From: an uncultured virus (IMG/VR IMGVR_UViG_3300032233_002452)
Lineage: Duplodnaviria; Heunggongvirae; Uroviricota; Caudoviricetes
Virus record (IMG/VR): IMGVR_UViG_3300032233_002452
Length of the DNA stretch: 64,000 nt
Reading direction: 5' to 3' (one strand)
Shown: positions 54,841 to 63,244 of the stretch, piece by piece
How positions within the stretch are numbered: position 1 is the stretch's first letter
How the letters are laid out: every line of letters starts with the position of its first letter
Translations under genes and position numbers: made by a program
The notes under the pieces: generated by a model
What the model was told of the DNA's origin: nothing
Database searches by the model: none
What the model saw: only the letters and a program-made list of their open reading frames with translations

Positions 54841-55771
54841 TTCGTTTTTCCCATTCGTAGGCTGTTGCGATAATAGAGAATATATCATGTTTAGGGCGGT
54901 AATTCAATAGATTCTTGGCAAGAGTAACATCGGCAACTAACCTGTCGGGGTCACCCATTCTGCGTTCGGCAATACTGTAATTTACCTTTATGTTTTGGGT
55001 AGATTCGATTAATTTAATGATTTCTAAGATAGAATACCCGGTGCCTGTGCCTAAGTTGACAATGAAAGAATCATTATCATCCAAGTGGTCAATAGCTAGA
55101 AGGTGTGCTGAGGATACATCACTTACGTGAACATAGTCTCGGACGCACGTACCATCATCGGTACTATAGTCATTACCATAAACTCTGAATGTATTTAGAT
55201 TCCGAAAAATGCTAGGAATCAGATGTGTCTCAGGTTCATGGTTTTCACCAATATCACCCTCAGGGTCAGCACCGGCAAGGTTGAAATATCTGAAAATACC
55301 ATACTTAATTCCAGACTCCATAATCATGTTTTCACAAGCGATTTTGGTAGAGCCATAAACTGAATTATCTGGTGTTGTACATTCGTCTTCTTGTAAAGGC
55401 ATGTAACCGGCTAGATAAACTGCAGCAGTTGAACTAAACAAGATTTTTGGCACCTTGTTTTTCTTCATTGCATTTAAAAGAATCGCAGTACCACCAACGT
55501 TCACTTCATGGAATTCTGTTGGGTCTTTCATTGATTCACCAACCTCAATACGTGAGGCGCAATGAATTACCAGGTCGTACCTATGTCGAGCTAGAACTTC
55601 ATTCACCCTAGTACGGTCACGAATATCACCAGGATAAAAAACGTGGTTGTATTTGTGAGTTGGTATTTTTTGGTCAAACCCAACTACAGTAAAACCTGCT
55701 ATATGCAGGTCTTTACTTAACTGACTACCGAGATACCCGGAGCTACCTGTAACAAGTGCTGTTTTTTCCAT
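54827..55771 (-). CDS. galE: UDP-glucose 4-epimerase
   Basis: LVTGSSGYLGS, VGES, FSSTAAVY, YGSTK, RYFNLAGA, DGTCVRDYVHV. Confidence 0.9.
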   Translation of the reverse strand: MEKTALVTGSSGYLGSQLSKDLHIAGFTVVGFDQKIPTHKYNHVFYPGDIRDRTRVNEVLARHRYDLVIHCASRIEVGESMKDPTEFHEVNVGGTAILLNAMKKNKVPKILFSSTAAVYLAGYMPLQEDECTTPDNSVYGSTKIACENMIMESGIKYGIFRYFNLAGADPEGDIGENHEPETHLIPSIFRNLNTFRVYGNDYSTDDGTCVRDYVHVSDVSSAHLLAIDHLDDNDSFIVNLGTGTGYSILEIIKLIESTQNIKVNYSIAERRMGDPDRLVADVTLAKNLLNYRPKHDIFSIIATAYEWEKRNGRE

Positions 55772-56460
55772 GGAAATTCACTATTATATTTTTGAAATTG
55801 AATTGCATTACCTTGGTCAAAGAATTCTTTACTAACAGAATTCGGATTACCATCTAAACGATAACACATTGTATGAGCATTCGTGCATCCAAAATTAGGA
55901 AAGTTGTTTTTTAACGCACCAAAGAATTGTCTATCGGCGCCCCATTGGCCGTACCAAGCATGCCCAATCCTAACAGCAACATCACGGCGTATGGCAAAAC
56001 TTGATGTATCAATGTGAAATACTTCATTGTTAAAAAATACAGGCCATTTTCCCAACGATTCACAATTGTCATCACAGAGGTAGTTACCATTTTTATCATA
56101 TATTTTCCTTAAAGAATATGCCCAATCATTACCTTCTTGAATTTTATTCACCAACTTTTCAACGTGACGTGGTTCATACCAGTTGTCTTCGTCAAGGTAA
56201 CAAATAATATCCGCATTTACCAGAAACGAACAGGCAGCATAGACACGGTGACCGTACCAATTCTTACCTACGTTTTCTTCCAATTCAATCATTCTGGTTT
56301 TAGTAGAACCAACTAGAATTTCTCTAGCTTTAGGTTCATACTGACAACCATCAATGAAAACGTAATGTGTCAAATCTTTATAAGTTTGTTTATCAACAGA
56401 ATCGACACAATCCTTCAGTAACGAACTACCAATTGTAGGAGTTACAACAGCAACTTTCAT
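55717..56460 (-). CDS. Glycosyltransferase family 2
   Basis: VVTPT, CVDSV..QTY, ICYLDEDNW (DxD). Confidence 0.85.
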   Translation of the reverse strand: MKVAVVTPTIGSSLLKDCVDSVDKQTYKDLTHYVFIDGCQYEPKAREILVGSTKTRMIELEENVGKNWYGHRVYAACSFLVNADIICYLDEDNWYEPRHVEKLVNKIQEGNDWAYSLRKIYDKNGNYLCDDNCESLGKWPVFFNNEVFHIDTSSFAIRRDVAVRIGHAWYGQWGADRQFFGALKNNFPNFGCTNAHTMCYRLDGNPNSVSKEFFDQGNAIQFQKYNSEFPWKKQHLLQVAPGISVVS

Positions 56461-56711
56461 TTCTTCACCAAAGGGTTTACAGTATCATCCCAGCCCATTT
56501 CTTGTGAAATTTTTGACAACTTCTCAAGTGCTGCCAAACGAGCATCATCTTCTTTTTTAATTTCTTCTGCTGCTTGAATCACTTGTTCATGCAGATTCTC
56601 ATCTTTCAAATCACGTTGAAAAATTGCGTCCCAACGGTTCACATATTCCTCTTGTGAAATGCTGAATGGTCGTGGCGAACTTCCTTTGCCGCCATCACTC
56701 ATCTTACTCAT
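56457..56711 (-). CDS. Hypothetical protein
   Basis: GGKGSSPRP...Y..RWDAIF motif. Confidence 0.6.
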   Translation of the reverse strand: MSKMSDGGKGSSPRPFSISQEEYVNRWDAIFQRDLKDENLHEQVIQAAEEIKKEDDARLAALEKLSKISQEMGWDDTVNPLVKK

Positions 56712-57467
56712 TTATAATTTCCTCTCAATGTCTTCTTCTGTACAATAATCACCATATTGTATTTCAACAATACGGCAAGGCTCATCGTATGGGTTACACA
56801 ATTGATGCCATTCACCCAATGGAATATCTAGTTTGTCGTGCTTCATCATATTAACGGATGGCAATCTATAACCACTCAACATTGCTCTATGTACAACGCA
56901 TTTACCTTCAGATACAATCCAATACTCATGTCGTCCACTATGTCTTTGAAAACTTAGTGAAGCTTCGGGGTCAACAGTCAACTCTTTAACTTTCATTCCC
57001 GGTACTTCATGTAGTATACGATAATAACCCCATGTGCGTGTGGTTTTAGGATGTGTCCATTGGTCGAGAATCCAAGAACTTGAATTCATCTTATGGTCGC
57101 CACCAATACCGAACTTGAATTCTACTCCAGCAACTCTCATCTCGGGAATATTTTCTTTTGTCCGGTCTCCACCATTGGCAAAAATTATTTCTGCTTTTGG
57201 GTATTTGGCCTTCGCATATTCTAACACATCACATGCTGTATTGTCAAGGTCATTAATATTATATACCTCATCAACCATGCGTAGATTGTAAATAATTCCG
57301 GCACGGTCATTCCAACGCATGAAAGGTCGACCTTTTTTACGGGTCAACCAATCATCAGAATTTACACCAACAATAAGGTAATCACCAAGAGCTTTTGCTC
57401 GGTGAAACATTTCAATATGACCGGAGTGTAATGGGTCAAACCCACCAGATACGACCACGACTTTCAT
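56712..57467 (-). CDS. Cytidylyltransferase-like domain fused to cupin (mannose-6-phosphate isomerase type II-like)
   Basis: SGGFDPLHSGH, VGVNSD.WL.RKKG, FANGGDR; R.WG.Y, LS.QRH..R.E.W, EIQYG..C.EEDIER. Confidence 0.85.
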   Translation of the reverse strand: MKVVVVSGGFDPLHSGHIEMFHRAKALGDYLIVGVNSDDWLTRKKGRPFMRWNDRAGIIYNLRMVDEVYNINDLDNTACDVLEYAKAKYPKAEIIFANGGDRTKENIPEMRVAGVEFKFGIGGDHKMNSSSWILDQWTHPKTTRTWGYYRILHEVPGMKVKELTVDPEASLSFQRHSGRHEYWIVSEGKCVVHRAMLSGYRLPSVNMMKHDKLDIPLGEWHQLCNPYDEPCRIVEIQYGDYCTEEDIERKL

Positions 57468-57469
57468 TT

Positions 57470-57904
57470 TTAAACTCCGATTTCGATACCGGGAAATGCT
57501 TCGACTACCAACTTAGGTGTAAGACCTTTAACACCAAGATTTTTCTTCAGCATATTGACAAGCAATGAAGCTTCATCTTTATGTAAAGACTTCAAGGTCG
57601 TAGCGAGCTGTTTAGATTGTTTATCTGCCGAAAGACCTAATGGTCGTTTTGGATGACCAATAATGTACAGGTACATTCTTCGCATCTCTTGGTCAAGGTA
57701 GGTGTGGTTTAGACCAGCAGGTTCAATCGCAGGTGTGTATTCGGGAATCTCAACATCAATTTTGATTCCTGGATGCATAGCAATAATGAAGAACTCTCGC
57801 AGAGCATAATGATTATGCTTCCGTAAGATATCAATCTTCTCTGCTTTTGTGGTGGCTTTCTCAAAATCCTCAAGGATTTCGGAATATAATTTATTAGAAC
57901 TCAT
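57470..57904 (-). CDS. Conserved T4-like phage hypothetical protein
   Basis: L.SEIL...KAEKI.IL, L.SLH..EA.L, LV.EAFP; follows rnh. Confidence 0.7.
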   Translation of the reverse strand: MSSNKLYSEILEDFEKATTKAEKIDILRKHNHYALREFFIIAMHPGIKIDVEIPEYTPAIEPAGLNHTYLDQEMRRMYLYIIGHPKRPLGLSADKQSKQLATTLKSLHKDEASLLVNMLKKNLGVKGLTPKLVVEAFPGIEIGV

Positions 57905-58742
57905 CAATCACTTCCAGTAGATTTTTCAAACGATTCGCAATCATATAATTCATAAACTGCTGTTTCGTTGCGGGTTTAGTATTCTCATATGTATCTAGGA
58001 TACTTTCTACAATTGGTGATGGAATAAAGTCCAAATCAATCATAGTCTGGTTACGAGACCAGTTACGTTTTAAATCATCATTGCCATCTTTAGCAATGTC
58101 AACATTCATCAATTCATCAATACGTTTTTGTGTAAGTGCCTTCTGACGAATGCCTTCAACGAGACAATTATCGGCAGATAGAATGTTTGGCACACCGTCA
58201 CCTTTATCACCATCGAGGATAAGATTCTTCAATTGCACTTTGGCATTGTCCGTCTTGATGTACTTTTTCATAGTAGTTGAATATTGTACAACATTCGGAT
58301 GTGTCTGTAATTGAACAAAGTCTTTATCGGAGGAAAGAATCATAATCTTTTCGTGAGCACAATATTTTTTGGTAAGTACACCGATAATGTCATCTGCCTC
58401 TGCGCCATCGATATCAAGTACCTTATATGGTGAACTAGTTGCCAATTCTGTACGAACTTTATGTAGACATTCGAAAATGGATGCCCAATCATGTCCACTT
58501 GCATCACGGTTCTTTTTGCGGTTACTCTTATAAAACGGGAACACATCACGGCGCCAGTATCGTTTGTTGTCACAAGCAATAATTACATCACTACCATATT
58601 CAGCCTTGAATTTACGCAAGTTGGCACGAATAGTGTTTAGAATCATGTGACGAACCAAAGATTCTTCAACGGGTTGTTTAGAGGAACCAATTTGTTCCAT
58701 TAGATTCGCAATAGCGATTTGGTTAAAGTCAAAAATAATCAT
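57894..58742 (-). CDS. rnh: T4-type RNase H / 5'-3' exonuclease
   Basis: D.NQI, RHMILN, YWRR..FP.YK..RKK.R, EADDIIG, SSDKDF.QL, GDKGDGVPN. Confidence 0.93.
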   Translation of the reverse strand: MIIFDFNQIAIANLMEQIGSSKQPVEESLVRHMILNTIRANLRKFKAEYGSDVIIACDNKRYWRRDVFPFYKSNRKKNRDASGHDWASIFECLHKVRTELATSSPYKVLDIDGAEADDIIGVLTKKYCAHEKIMILSSDKDFVQLQTHPNVVQYSTTMKKYIKTDNAKVQLKNLILDGDKGDGVPNILSADNCLVEGIRQKALTQKRIDELMNVDIAKDGNDDLKRNWSRNQTMIDLDFIPSPIVESILDTYENTKPATKQQFMNYMIANRLKNLLEVIDEF

Positions 58743-58783
58743 GTCACCATTCTATCACAATAAAAAATTAAAAGAGGCAAATG

Positions 58784-58957
58784 TCACTTACCATCATCGG
58801 CATACCGAATGAGAAACATCTTCACCAAATCGGTAAGTTGCCTTTGTGAGCCTATGTAAGTATCACCCAAATCTTTAGTGCGGAAACCAAGTTTCTTTGC
58901 CTCATTTAATATATCATAATCGAGCTCAGTCATTTCGGTATTTTTGTAGTATGTCAT
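58784..58957 (-). CDS. Small hypothetical protein
   Basis: MTYYKN start with GAGGA SD. Confidence 0.55.
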   Translation of the reverse strand: MTYYKNTEMTELDYDILNEAKKLGFRTKDLGDTYIGSQRQLTDLVKMFLIRYADDGK

Positions 58958-58964
58958 ATTATCC

Positions 58965-59471
58965 TCACTTAAAGGGCCATGCAGCTGCAGAATCAGGTTC
59001 ATCATTTGGTATAAATTCACGCTGAAAATACCGTTCATCAATCTTCTCTAAAATCTGCATCACTTCTTCTTCAGTAACTTCACATTCTGAGGTTTCGTAC
59101 ATACTATTAATTGACCATTCTTCGTTTTCTACATCATACCATGCGTAGATACAAATTTCTTCTTTTGGTCGGTGAATCAATGCCCAAGGTGTTTGCTCAT
59201 GTTCGGGGAATGAAAATTCTTCCTCAGTAAGAACTCCCTTATGCAAAAATATAGCATAAGATTCCATATTCTTGTTACCACCTTCGGTGTAACGATACTC
59301 ACCGTCTCCGTCTTCTTCTTCAAGGTCACCATAACCATCAAAGATGATTTTCACTTCAGGTAAATCGGAAATATCTTCACCAATTTCCAATTCATCGGGG
59401 TCTCGCCACATTACATCCAACATTTTTAGGATGATTTCTTCATAACGATTGTAATCGAATTCTTCGCTCAT
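58965..59471 (-). CDS. Highly acidic hypothetical protein
   Basis: 168 aa, very Asp/Glu-rich. Confidence 0.7.
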   Translation of the reverse strand: MSEEFDYNRYEEIILKMLDVMWRDPDELEIGEDISDLPEVKIIFDGYGDLEEEDGDGEYRYTEGGNKNMESYAIFLHKGVLTEEEFSFPEHEQTPWALIHRPKEEICIYAWYDVENEEWSINSMYETSECEVTEEEVMQILEKIDERYFQREFIPNDEPDSAAAWPFK

Positions 59472-60556
59472 TTTATTACCCTTAGTAAAATTGTTTCTGC
59501 ATTCAAGCGCCCATTTGCTTCCATGTCTTTTGTTGTCAAATTATCCATAATACCACGCAATGCAACCTTGCCACCATTCAACACCTCAGGTAAAGTCTTT
59601 TCAGGTTTACGTAAAGTTTTAGTGGTAGATTTTGTTGCATTGAAACCCATTAGTGTAGAACCTTTAACAGACAGGCCACTTGCATCATCGGCATTATATA
59701 CCGACAATCGTTTATATTTAACGTTGAATACCCACAATTGAATTGCACCAATGATATCTTTGGCCGGTATAGATTTCAATTTATAGTTATCATCCGACTC
59801 CAGCATTTTCACTTTAGCAACCAACTGGTCTGGAGACTTAGCCTTGCGCTTACGTGGTTTACGTGATGCAACGGCTTCACCTGAAATTTTAATGCAGTCC
59901 GTGATGACCTGGTCACAATAGGCAACCAATTTTTTCAATTGTACTTTTGTGAAATTCGACCAACCCTCTTTAACCTGTGGGTCTTTTGATTCCAATGCTT
60001 CTTCAAATTGAACACGTTGAGATTTTGCCCATTCTGAGATTTGTTTGGCGTGCATACCCTTAACATTCATGCCGTGCATAATGCCATAAGGCGCAGGTGT
60101 CTTTTTAAAATCACTTAGTACAAAATCATCAATAGAACCTTCCAACTCACCAATCATTTCCGAAACTTTTTCAGCAACACGGTCTTGGATTGATACTGTA
60201 GGTTTCTTTTCTTCTTTTTCTATGACTGGTTTTGATTTTGCAACCAGCATATCATCAACATATGATTTGAACTTTTCTTCATGTTTATCGGAAAAGACAG
60301 CACCATTATTTTTCATTCGGCAAAGAAAACCGAATGTGTTATTTTGCCGATTGACAATATCAACCGCAACTTTAATTTTATTTTTCTTTAGATAATCGCT
60401 AATGTATTTGATTGCCTGCTTCGAATCACGGTTTTGCCCGTACCAATTCAAAGTTTGCATCATTTTACTTTCAGAAACGGCATCAGCGGTAAACCGAGGT
60501 TCACCGCCGTTCATTGTTGCTTCAATTTCTTCTAGCGTTTTACGCCTTGTTGCCAC
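59468..60556 (-). CDS. Conserved phage hypothetical protein
   Basis: 362 aa; SIQDR, RKPRKRK, IIGA..LWVFN.KY, KTLRKPE, NGRLN. Confidence 0.75.
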   Translation of the reverse strand: MATRRKTLEEIEATMNGGEPRFTADAVSESKMMQTLNWYGQNRDSKQAIKYISDYLKKNKIKVAVDIVNRQNNTFGFLCRMKNNGAVFSDKHEEKFKSYVDDMLVAKSKPVIEKEEKKPTVSIQDRVAEKVSEMIGELEGSIDDFVLSDFKKTPAPYGIMHGMNVKGMHAKQISEWAKSQRVQFEEALESKDPQVKEGWSNFTKVQLKKLVAYCDQVITDCIKISGEAVASRKPRKRKAKSPDQLVAKVKMLESDDNYKLKSIPAKDIIGAIQLWVFNVKYKRLSVYNADDASGLSVKGSTLMGFNATKSTTKTLRKPEKTLPEVLNGGKVALRGIMDNLTTKDMEANGRLNAETILLRVIK

Positions 60557-60833
60557 TTGTCAATTCCTCAAATGTTAAATCCGGATAATTGTTGACAAAC
60601 ATAATACCATCGTCCGTTTCATCAACGGTGTTACTTATATCAAACGCCGCCTCTAAAACAGACTTTTCATTTGGATAAACCGGACTTTCACCGAATAGTA
60701 TCTTAAATTCTTCAGCATTCGGTATATAATTTATAGCAGAATCATCATATTTACCGAAAAGAGCATCATATTTTTCACCATAAGCAACCCGGTAACCATC
60801 TTTAGTCACCAAGATATAAACGCCAGTATTCAT
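60540..60833 (-). CDS. Hypothetical protein
   Basis: 97 aa, GVYIL.TKDGYRV. Confidence 0.6.
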   Translation of the reverse strand: MNTGVYILVTKDGYRVAYGEKYDALFGKYDDSAINYIPNAEEFKILFGESPVYPNEKSVLEAAFDISNTVDETDDGIMFVNNYPDLTFEELTSGNKA

Positions 60834-60834
60834 A

Positions 60835-61053
60835 TCATCTTTCCAAAATCACATAGTCTCCAAAATTATCTTCAAATATTTGTACAAGGTTTTCATAATC
60901 GCCTGCCATCATATTTTTAATTATTGTATCACTATTCAAGCCTAATTGGCGGGCAAATTTGCGAGCATAACCCATTAAAGCAAAAGCATTGCCGTCAGGA
61001 CCAGTCAGGTCAATTATAACTGGTCCGGTTTGGGATTGTTTTTCCCTAATCAT
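60835..61053 (-). CDS. Conserved small phage protein
   Basis: IDLTGPDGNAF.LMG...GDYE.L...F. Confidence 0.7.
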   Translation of the reverse strand: MIREKQSQTGPVIIDLTGPDGNAFALMGYARKFARQLGLNSDTIIKNMMAGDYENLVQIFEDNFGDYVILER

Positions 61054-61406
61054 TTTGTGAGCTCATAAGGTTTATTCCACTTACCTACATTAATGTGGTA
61101 GTAATAAGCAGTATCAAAATAATCGGTCATTGCATCCGAACGGTCATAATAATCCGCAGCGAGCAATGCCTGTTTGATTTCTTGCAATGCTTTCAACGCT
61201 TTTGGTTTATCTTTATAGTGGTCTTCTAACCAATAGGGATTCACTTGAATATTATCGCCACCAAAATCAATTGGACCAGATTTGATATTTACGCAAATGC
61301 TGGAATGATTGTGAACACTCAAGGTTGCCTTCAAACCATATTTTTTAAATACAGGTTTAATAGCGGCGGCAATAACTGCCTTTTTTTGTTGATTCATGTA
61401 TGCCAT
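61050..61406 (-). CDS. Conserved phage hypothetical protein
   Basis: MAYMNQ, D.SDAMTDYFD.AYY..INVGKWNKPY. Confidence 0.7.
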   Translation of the reverse strand: MAYMNQQKKAVIAAAIKPVFKKYGLKATLSVHNHSSICVNIKSGPIDFGGDNIQVNPYWLEDHYKDKPKALKALQEIKQALLAADYYDRSDAMTDYFDTAYYYHINVGKWNKPYELTK

Positions 61407-61416
61407 TTTTATTTCC

Positions 61417-61689
61417 TTACATTGACCAATAAGATTCTGAAGCGGGAGAGCAATAATACGGAGTATCGTATTTTTCTTTGAATTCTTTTCCGCTCATCAT
61501 GTTCTTTTTTGTAACCCAAGTTTCAAACACTTCAACGGTCAAACCAAGTTTACGTTTTTGTTCTGCCACAATTTCAATATAATCCTTGGTGACAGGAGCA
61601 AATTCTTGTTTAGCAATCAAGCGGCGACCTTCTTTGGTGCGCTTATCTGATTTGTAAATTTCGAGGGTATATTCGGTTAATGCAGACAT
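61417..61689 (-). CDS. Hypothetical protein
   Basis: DKRTKEG, NMMSG..F.E..DTP..CSPASESYWSM; GGAG SD. Confidence 0.7.
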   Translation of the reverse strand: MSALTEYTLEIYKSDKRTKEGRRLIAKQEFAPVTKDYIEIVAEQKRKLGLTVEVFETWVTKKNMMSGKEFKEKYDTPYYCSPASESYWSM

Positions 61690-61690
61690 T

Positions 61691-61924
61691 TTAAACTCCT
61701 TGCTTTTCACGTGATTCCATCATTTCTGACAAAATAAATTTAGCGACATTTAGTTGCTTGCGAACCATTTCGGTTTTATTCATCGCACCTAATTCTTGAC
61801 AATCTGACAAAATGCCCATAACAACCATTTCGATACCGCAACATTTTGCGGTCATGCTATTGATATATTCATCACGAATATCCGATTCGGTCATGCCGTA
61901 GCACTTGCTTTCAAATTCAGTCAT
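61691..61924 (-). CDS. Hypothetical protein
   Basis: 77 aa, first gene after a consensus promoter. Confidence 0.65.
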   Translation of the reverse strand: MTEFESKCYGMTESDIRDEYINSMTAKCCGIEMVVMGILSDCQELGAMNKTEMVRKQLNVAKFILSEMMESREKQGV

Positions 61925-61955
61925 AATTTTCTCTCTTTTTTCAATCTATGGATAG

Positions 61956-62043
61956 AGTATAACAGAACCACGGTAATTGTCAAGCACTATTTGAATACTT
62001 GACCAAATTGGTCTGGTATTACTGTTGTTGTTTTTATACAACA
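61956..62043 (-). promoter_or_regulatory. Sigma70 promoter plus TGTTG-N8-CAACA palindrome
   Basis: TTGACA-16-TATACT; palindrome 62026-62043. Confidence 0.7.
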
Positions 62044-62231
62044 GTTATTTCATCCGAATCCATTAGTACTATGGTTCTCAGTTCTCCGAACACCACAATA
62101 GGTTCATCTAATACAATAGTATTACTTACCTTACCACCGTATTTTACACGTGATTCCTGTACAATACCAGTAAAAAAGTACTCATTTAAATACTTGCCCA
62201 CAACCTGCTTACCATCAAGAATCCAACTCAT
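62034..62231 (-). CDS. Hypothetical protein
   Basis: 65 aa, G.V..SRVKYGG; GAGG SD. Confidence 0.65.
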   Translation of the reverse strand: MSWILDGKQVVGKYLNEYFFTGIVQESRVKYGGKVSNTIVLDEPIVVFGELRTIVLMDSDEITVV

Positions 62232-62256
62232 AGTTACCTCATTAATTTATAGGGTA

Positions 62257-62328
62257 ATTTTACACTAAATAGGGATAATTGGCAAGCGGTATAACCGTTA
62301 TTTTTCATCATGTTGCAAAAATACAACA
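62257..62328 (-). promoter_or_regulatory. Sigma70 promoter plus TGTTG-N8-CAACA palindrome in divergent intergenic region
   Basis: TTGCCA-17-TAAAAT; palindrome 62311-62328; plus-strand TAAATA at 62266-62271. Confidence 0.6.
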
Positions 62329-62340
62329 ATAAGGGTCAAC

Positions 62341-62619
62341 ATGGACTTTTTTAAATTGGTAGCCGAGGTAGGGTTTCCTATCGCAGCGGCTTGTGCGGGT
62401 GGTTACTTTATTTTCTTAACACTCAAATTCATTTTGGCTGGTGTTATGAGCTCAGTCAAAGGTCTATCAGGAATCATTACAGCATTAGACAATCGTGTTA
62501 AAACGATGAATCATGATGTAGTGCGTATTGATACCGTAGTTTCAAATGCTCTTGGTTTAAAACCAGATACAAATCGTATAGCTCGTGCCGATGGCAAGAA
62601 TGACGCAAGGAGAGATTAA
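62341..62619 (+). CDS. Small membrane protein (holin-like topology), paralog A
   Basis: GFPIAAA..GGYFIF helix then coiled coil. Confidence 0.65.
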   Translation: MDFFKLVAEVGFPIAAACAGGYFIFLTLKFILAGVMSSVKGLSGIITALDNRVKTMNHDVVRIDTVVSNALGLKPDTNRIARADGKNDARRD

Positions 62620-62816
62620 TGTTATATGTTGAATATAATTTTGATTTAGAAAACAACACCATTATGTTTGATAGTGATATGAGATTGGAAGGATATCCAC
62701 TTCCGGGTGTGGGCGGAAGATTGCCAGAAAAGTGGAAAGATGGAGATTTATGGATGATGAAAGTTGTCGCTGATGGTAGAGTCGTTTTACAGAAAGTTAA
62801 AGAGAATGAACTCTGA
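62619..62816 (+). CDS. Hypothetical protein
   Basis: 65 aa, TAATG coupling. Confidence 0.55.
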   Translation: MLYVEYNFDLENNTIMFDSDMRLEGYPLPGVGGRLPEKWKDGDLWMMKVVADGRVVLQKVKENEL

Positions 62817-62967
62817 CAATTTGACTCAACGTGAACAACTGATATACAACATGTATTTGTGCGAATGTGATAAAAATAAAAGAATGAAAAGTATCATATA
62901 CAGATGGAAATTGTCGTGGTACAATCTTACAAAGAGAATAAAAAATGGATGTAGTAGAGTTAATTAA
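62806..62967 (+). CDS. Small hypothetical protein
   Basis: MNSDNL start; overlaps both neighbours. Confidence 0.4.
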   Translation: MNSDNLTQREQLIYNMYLCECDKNKRMKSIIYRWKLSWYNLTKRIKNGCSRVN

Positions 62968-63244
62968 CAAGTATGGTTTCCCAATTGTCGCTGCTGGCGG
63001 CATGGGTTACATGATTTACTTTGTATGGGAATGGGCAACAAAAGAGGTAAAGCCTGTTTTGTCTGAGGCAAATACGGTGCTTATCGCATTGATTGACCGT
63101 ATTCGTATGCTTGATAATGACCTGATTCGTTTACAACAAAAGGTCGATGTGGTTCTTCACCTGCGTGGTAAGACCATTGAACATGAGCGTGTGATGGCTG
63201 AAGCAGAAATCAACAAACAACACGCCGAAACAAACAAGAAATAA
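62945..63244 (+). CDS. Small membrane protein (holin-like topology), paralog B
   Basis: GFPIVAAGGMGYMIYF helix; L.DR...LDND..R similar to 62341-62619. Confidence 0.65.
   Translation: MDVVELINKYGFPIVAAGGMGYMIYFVWEWATKEVKPVLSEANTVLIALIDRIRMLDNDLIRLQQKVDVVLHLRGKTIEHERVMAEAEINKQHAETNKK

Noticed and set aside
51635..62328. TGTTG-N8-CAACA copies as a CRISPR array or LexA boxes
   Set aside because: Dispersed rather than regularly spaced; half-sites and spacing differ from CTGT-N8-ACAG
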